Shown here piece by piece: positions 46,063 through 49,154 of a stretch of 49,154 bases of DNA. Position 1 is the first letter of the stretch; each line of letters starts with the position of its first letter. This stretch comes from Deltaproteobacteria bacterium. GTDB lineage: Bacteria > Desulfobacterota > Desulfobulbia > Desulfobulbales > SURF-16. Location of the stretch: assembly GCA_030667965.1 (NCBI GenBank), contig DAOUUW010000003.1, forward strand, positions 1 to 49,154. The letters are read 5' to 3'. The translations under genes and the position numbers were made by a program. Under the pieces are notes generated by a model. It was not told where the DNA came from. It did not search any database and worked only from the letters and a program-made list of their open reading frames with translations.

Positions 46063-48072
46063 TTGAGAATACCATTGCAGGGGAAAATTATAGAATATGT
46101 TGATCAGGGCAGGTTTTTCTGTGGCCTGGTGTTGCAGGAACAGGCAAAGAGGCTGCGTCTGATGAATCAGAATGGCAGGGAAATGAATTTGCCTGCCGCC
46201 CGTGTAGTACACACCGGCAGCCGGACGCATGCAGTTTCTCTTCCCCGGGAAGACACCATGCGTTTGCTGCAGGAGATTGCCGCAATAAGGCAGGAAATGG
46301 CCGACCGTATTGAGCTTCAAGAGGTATGGGAGCTTGTTTGTGAAGAGGAAAAGGAGGTTTTTTCTCCGCTCTTTTTGGCCGAACTTTGCTTTGGCGATGG
46401 GATTGGGGATGATCAGACTGCTGCTTTCCTGCGTGCGGTTTTTGCAGACCGTCTTTTCTTTAAATTTAAAGACGGCAAAGTAATTGTGCATTCGGCTGAG
46501 GCGGTTGAGCAGCTGAAGGAAAGGGCTGAAAAAGAGCAGGCCCGTGAGGAGATGATGGAAAAGGGGGCGCAGGTTATGCCGGCCATTATGGCTGGAGAAG
46601 AACCCCCTGAATGGCCGGAAAAACAGCGATGCCTTGATTTAATTAAGGACTATTATCTTCTGGGTAATGATGCTGCTGAAGCTGATTTGTGCCGGAATCT
46701 GCTCAAGATGGCAAATCTTAATCGACCCCATGACCCTTTTAAATTGCTGGTCAAGGCCGGTATATGGCAACGGGATGAAAATATAGGGCTTCTCAGGCAG
46801 GAACTGCCGGTTGATTTTAATGATGAGGTCCTGGCGCAGGCCAGGCAGGTGGCAGCTTCTGATGGCGAGTCGCTTCTGGCCGATGGGCGTCGTGATTTCA
46901 GGGAGTTGCATTTGCTGACAATTGACGGGGAGTTTACCCGGGATTTTGATGATGCCCTCCACCTTGAAAGCAAGGGCAAAAATTTTCTGGTGGGCATTCA
47001 TATTGCCGATGTCAGTGAGTTTGTCAAAAAAGGAGACAAGATATTCCAGGCGGCCCTGGAGCGGATCACTTCCATTTATTTTGCCGATCAGCAGATTCCC
47101 ATGCTGCCCCGGGAATTATCCGAAGGTGCATGCAGCCTTATTAAGGGAGAGGTGAGACCGGTTGTCAGCTGTCTTGTGGAATTGACGCCTGCCGGAGAAG
47201 TTGTCGACTATCGTATGGCGCGAAGCGTGGTTCAGGTAAAACGACGCATTACTTATATTCAGGCAGAAGAGATACTGGCGAAAGGTGAAGACAGTGAGCT
47301 GAAAATTTTAGCTGATTTAAGCTTGAAAATTCAGGAAAGAAGGTTGGAAAACGGAGCACTCATCATCCCTGTTCCTGACGTGAATATTTCCGTCAACAGC
47401 AGCGGCAGGGTGAATGTCTGTCTGGAGGAGGTGGACAAGGCGGCCAGGACATTAGTTGCAGAATTTATGGTGCTGGCCAATACGCTGTCGGCCCAGTATC
47501 TGGCTGACCGAGAGATTCCTGCGCTTTATCGATGTCAGGAACCGCCGCGTAAACGGCTGTTTGCCGGTATTGCCAGGGACCTGTTTGTCAATTTCCGTCA
47601 GCGCCGCTTTCTTTCCCGTGGAAATCTGCTGACCGAGGCAAAGATGCACAGCGGTGTCGGCGCACCGCAGTACACCACGATAACCTCTCCCATCAGGAGA
47701 ATGCTTGATCTGATTATACAGCAGCAGTTGTCCCATGTTTTGCAGGGGAAAGGTCCGCTTTATTCGGTAAGTGAATTAAAGGATTATCAGGCATCAATCC
47801 TGGTTTCCCAGGCCGGCGTCAACCAGGCCCGCCGGCTCCGTCATCGCTACTGGCTTCTTAAATATCTGGCCATGGAGGTGGGGGTCGGCAGCCGCGTGGA
47901 TGTTTTGGTGCTCGACATTCAGCCTCGACGCATCCAGGTCGTCATGACGGATATATTGCTGGAGGCGGATTTGCCGCTTAATCAGGGGCCAAGGGTGGAA
48001 CCGGGTGATATTATCAAGGTGAAACTGGCCAGAGTGAGCCCTCTGGACAACAGCTTCAGGTTGGAATGGTAG
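46063..48072 (+). CDS. RNB-domain exoribonuclease (RNase II/R family)
   Basis: TIDGEFTRDFDDAL, IHIADV, LVAEFMVLAN, TSPIRR..DL; start (TTG) uncertain. Confidence 0.92.
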   Translation: MRIPLQGKIIEYVDQGRFFCGLVLQEQAKRLRLMNQNGREMNLPAARVVHTGSRTHAVSLPREDTMRLLQEIAAIRQEMADRIELQEVWELVCEEEKEVFSPLFLAELCFGDGIGDDQTAAFLRAVFADRLFFKFKDGKVIVHSAEAVEQLKERAEKEQAREEMMEKGAQVMPAIMAGEEPPEWPEKQRCLDLIKDYYLLGNDAAEADLCRNLLKMANLNRPHDPFKLLVKAGIWQRDENIGLLRQELPVDFNDEVLAQARQVAASDGESLLADGRRDFRELHLLTIDGEFTRDFDDALHLESKGKNFLVGIHIADVSEFVKKGDKIFQAALERITSIYFADQQIPMLPRELSEGACSLIKGEVRPVVSCLVELTPAGEVVDYRMARSVVQVKRRITYIQAEEILAKGEDSELKILADLSLKIQERRLENGALIIPVPDVNISVNSSGRVNVCLEEVDKAARTLVAEFMVLANTLSAQYLADREIPALYRCQEPPRKRLFAGIARDLFVNFRQRRFLSRGNLLTEAKMHSGVGAPQYTTITSPIRRMLDLIIQQQLSHVLQGKGPLYSVSELKDYQASILVSQAGVNQARRLRHRYWLLKYLAMEVGVGSRVDVLVLDIQPRRIQVVMTDILLEADLPLNQGPRVEPGDIIKVKLARVSPLDNSFRLEW

Positions 48073-48155
48073 GAGCTGCAATTGATAATTGAAAATGGAC
48101 AATTGATAATGAGTTGAAGTTGTGGGCTTTGAATAAGGCAAACTGGGGTATGCAC

Positions 48156-48184
48156 TTGACTCCAGCGACCACTACATGTAGTGT
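48156..48184 (+). promoter_or_regulatory. Candidate transposase promoter overlapped by a perfect 14-bp palindrome
   Basis: TTGACT(48156)-17-TAGTGT(48179); palindrome CACTACATGTAGTG at 48170-48183. Confidence 0.5.
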
Positions 48185-48192
48185 GTCGAGTT

Positions 48193-49154
48193 ATGGCTGA
48201 AAAATTTCCCCGCACTTTGCAGGAATTCGAAAATATCTTTAGTACAGAATCTGGCTGTCTTGAATATTTGCAGAATCTACGATGGCCAGATGGATTCATT
48301 TGCCCCAAATGTGGCTCTGCTGACAAATGGCGGACAAAACGTAATTTGTATCATTGTTCCCAATGCGGAATACAGACTTCGGTGACCGCTGGAACAATTT
48401 TTCATCGTACTCGAAAACCTTTGTCTCTGTGGTTTCGAGCTATGTGGCACATTACTGGCCAAAAATATGGAGCAAATGCTCTTGGTTTGCAACGTATTCT
48501 TGCCCTTGGCAGTTATCATACAGCTTGGCAGTGGCTTCATAAATTACGCCGTGCAATGGTTCGGCCTGGTCGTGACCAGTTGAACGGCACCGTAGAAATT
48601 GACGAGACTTACGTTGGTGGTAAAAAACCTGGCAAGCGTGGACGAGGTGCTGCGGGAAAAGCGTTGGTCGGTGTTGCCGTTGAAGATAAAGATGATAAAG
48701 GGATTGGACGAATACGCCTGTGGCACCTGGAAGATGCTTCCGGTGACAGCTTGTTGCCTTTTGTTCAAGGCGTTGTTGAGCCGGGCTCCGTCGTCCATAC
48801 TGACGACTGGTCTGGCTATAACAGCTTGAGTAAGAATGGTTTTATTCATCGAGTGTTACCGTCAAAAAAGATGAAAATTGTTCATTTAGTTGCGTCTCTA
48901 TTGAAGAGATGGCTTTTGGGCACATATCAAGGTGCGGTGAGACCTTCACATCTTGCATATTATTTAGACGAGTTTACTTTTCGTTTCAACCGCAGGACTT
49001 CTGCCTCACGAGGAAAATTGTTTTACAGGCTAATGCAACATGCTATCTCGGTGGATCCTGCACCAGTGTCTACTCTCAAGGGGCCAGCTTTGCCATTTTT
49101 AGAGGGTGCGGATAACTCTAATCTTGACCCAATTGACGAAGACAAAGACCACAA
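48193..49154 (+). CDS. IS1595-family transposase (3' end runs off the window; absent from the ORF track)
   Basis: MAEKFPRTLQEF...RWPDGFICPKC...CSQC..TSVTAGTIF Zn ribbon; VEIDETYVGG, VHTDDW.GY, VHLVASLLKRW, YLDEF.FRFNRR; no stop to 49154. Confidence 0.95.
   Translation, partial: MAEKFPRTLQEFENIFSTESGCLEYLQNLRWPDGFICPKCGSADKWRTKRNLYHCSQCGIQTSVTAGTIFHRTRKPLSLWFRAMWHITGQKYGANALGLQRILALGSYHTAWQWLHKLRRAMVRPGRDQLNGTVEIDETYVGGKKPGKRGRGAAGKALVGVAVEDKDDKGIGRIRLWHLEDASGDSLLPFVQGVVEPGSVVHTDDWSGYNSLSKNGFIHRVLPSKKMKIVHLVASLLKRWLLGTYQGAVRPSHLAYYLDEFTFRFNRRTSASRGKLFYRLMQHAISVDPAPVSTLKGPALPFLEGADNSNLDPIDEDKDH

Larger units (their letters stand above)
48146..49154 (+). mobile_element. IS1595-family insertion sequence (ISSod11-like), right end outside the window
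   Basis: Putative left end gggtatgcacttgactc; lower GC than the flanking genes; transposase ORF follows; TSD and right IR not visible. Confidence 0.85.

Noticed and set aside
3204-48849. Numerous long antisense or overlapping ORFs (e.g. 3493-4329, 10676-11434, 27243-27986, 48544-48849)
   Set aside because: Shadow frames of well-supported genes on the opposite strand or in another frame

Overview
A ~50% GC chromosomal window from a deltaproteobacterium, probably Desulfobacterota/Desulfobulbales-like (inferred from the sulfate-reducer-type adenylate kinase LID, the Desulfovibrio-type acc operon and a Sec-DsbA). It is mostly housekeeping: adk, a tripartite RND pump, mepK-ldtD-like peptidoglycan genes, hrpB, pdxJ-ybeY-phoH, prfB-lnt-corC, accC-accA/D-accB-birA, fbp, glnS-gltX, era and an RNase II-family gene. 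The ORF track misses several things. There is a UxxC selenocysteine DsbA-family gene read through an in-frame UGA with a candidate SECIS, a +1 frameshifted prfB with a non-canonical CUU-UGA-A site, and a 40-codon small ORF upstream of adk. Three decayed loci are present: a LysA-like/hybrid-kinase deletion junction, a K+ channel pseudogene and an IR-bounded transposase remnant. A perfect sigma-54 motif precedes mepK-ldtD, and there are several families of short intergenic repeats. An IS1595 (ISSod11-type) element runs off the right edge; its predicted promoter is overlapped by an NrdR-box-like palindrome. No CRISPR, rRNA, tRNA or complete defence system was seen, and no clearly new multi-gene system can be proven from sequence alone. 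The best leads are listed as findings. All family assignments come from motif recognition, not database searches.
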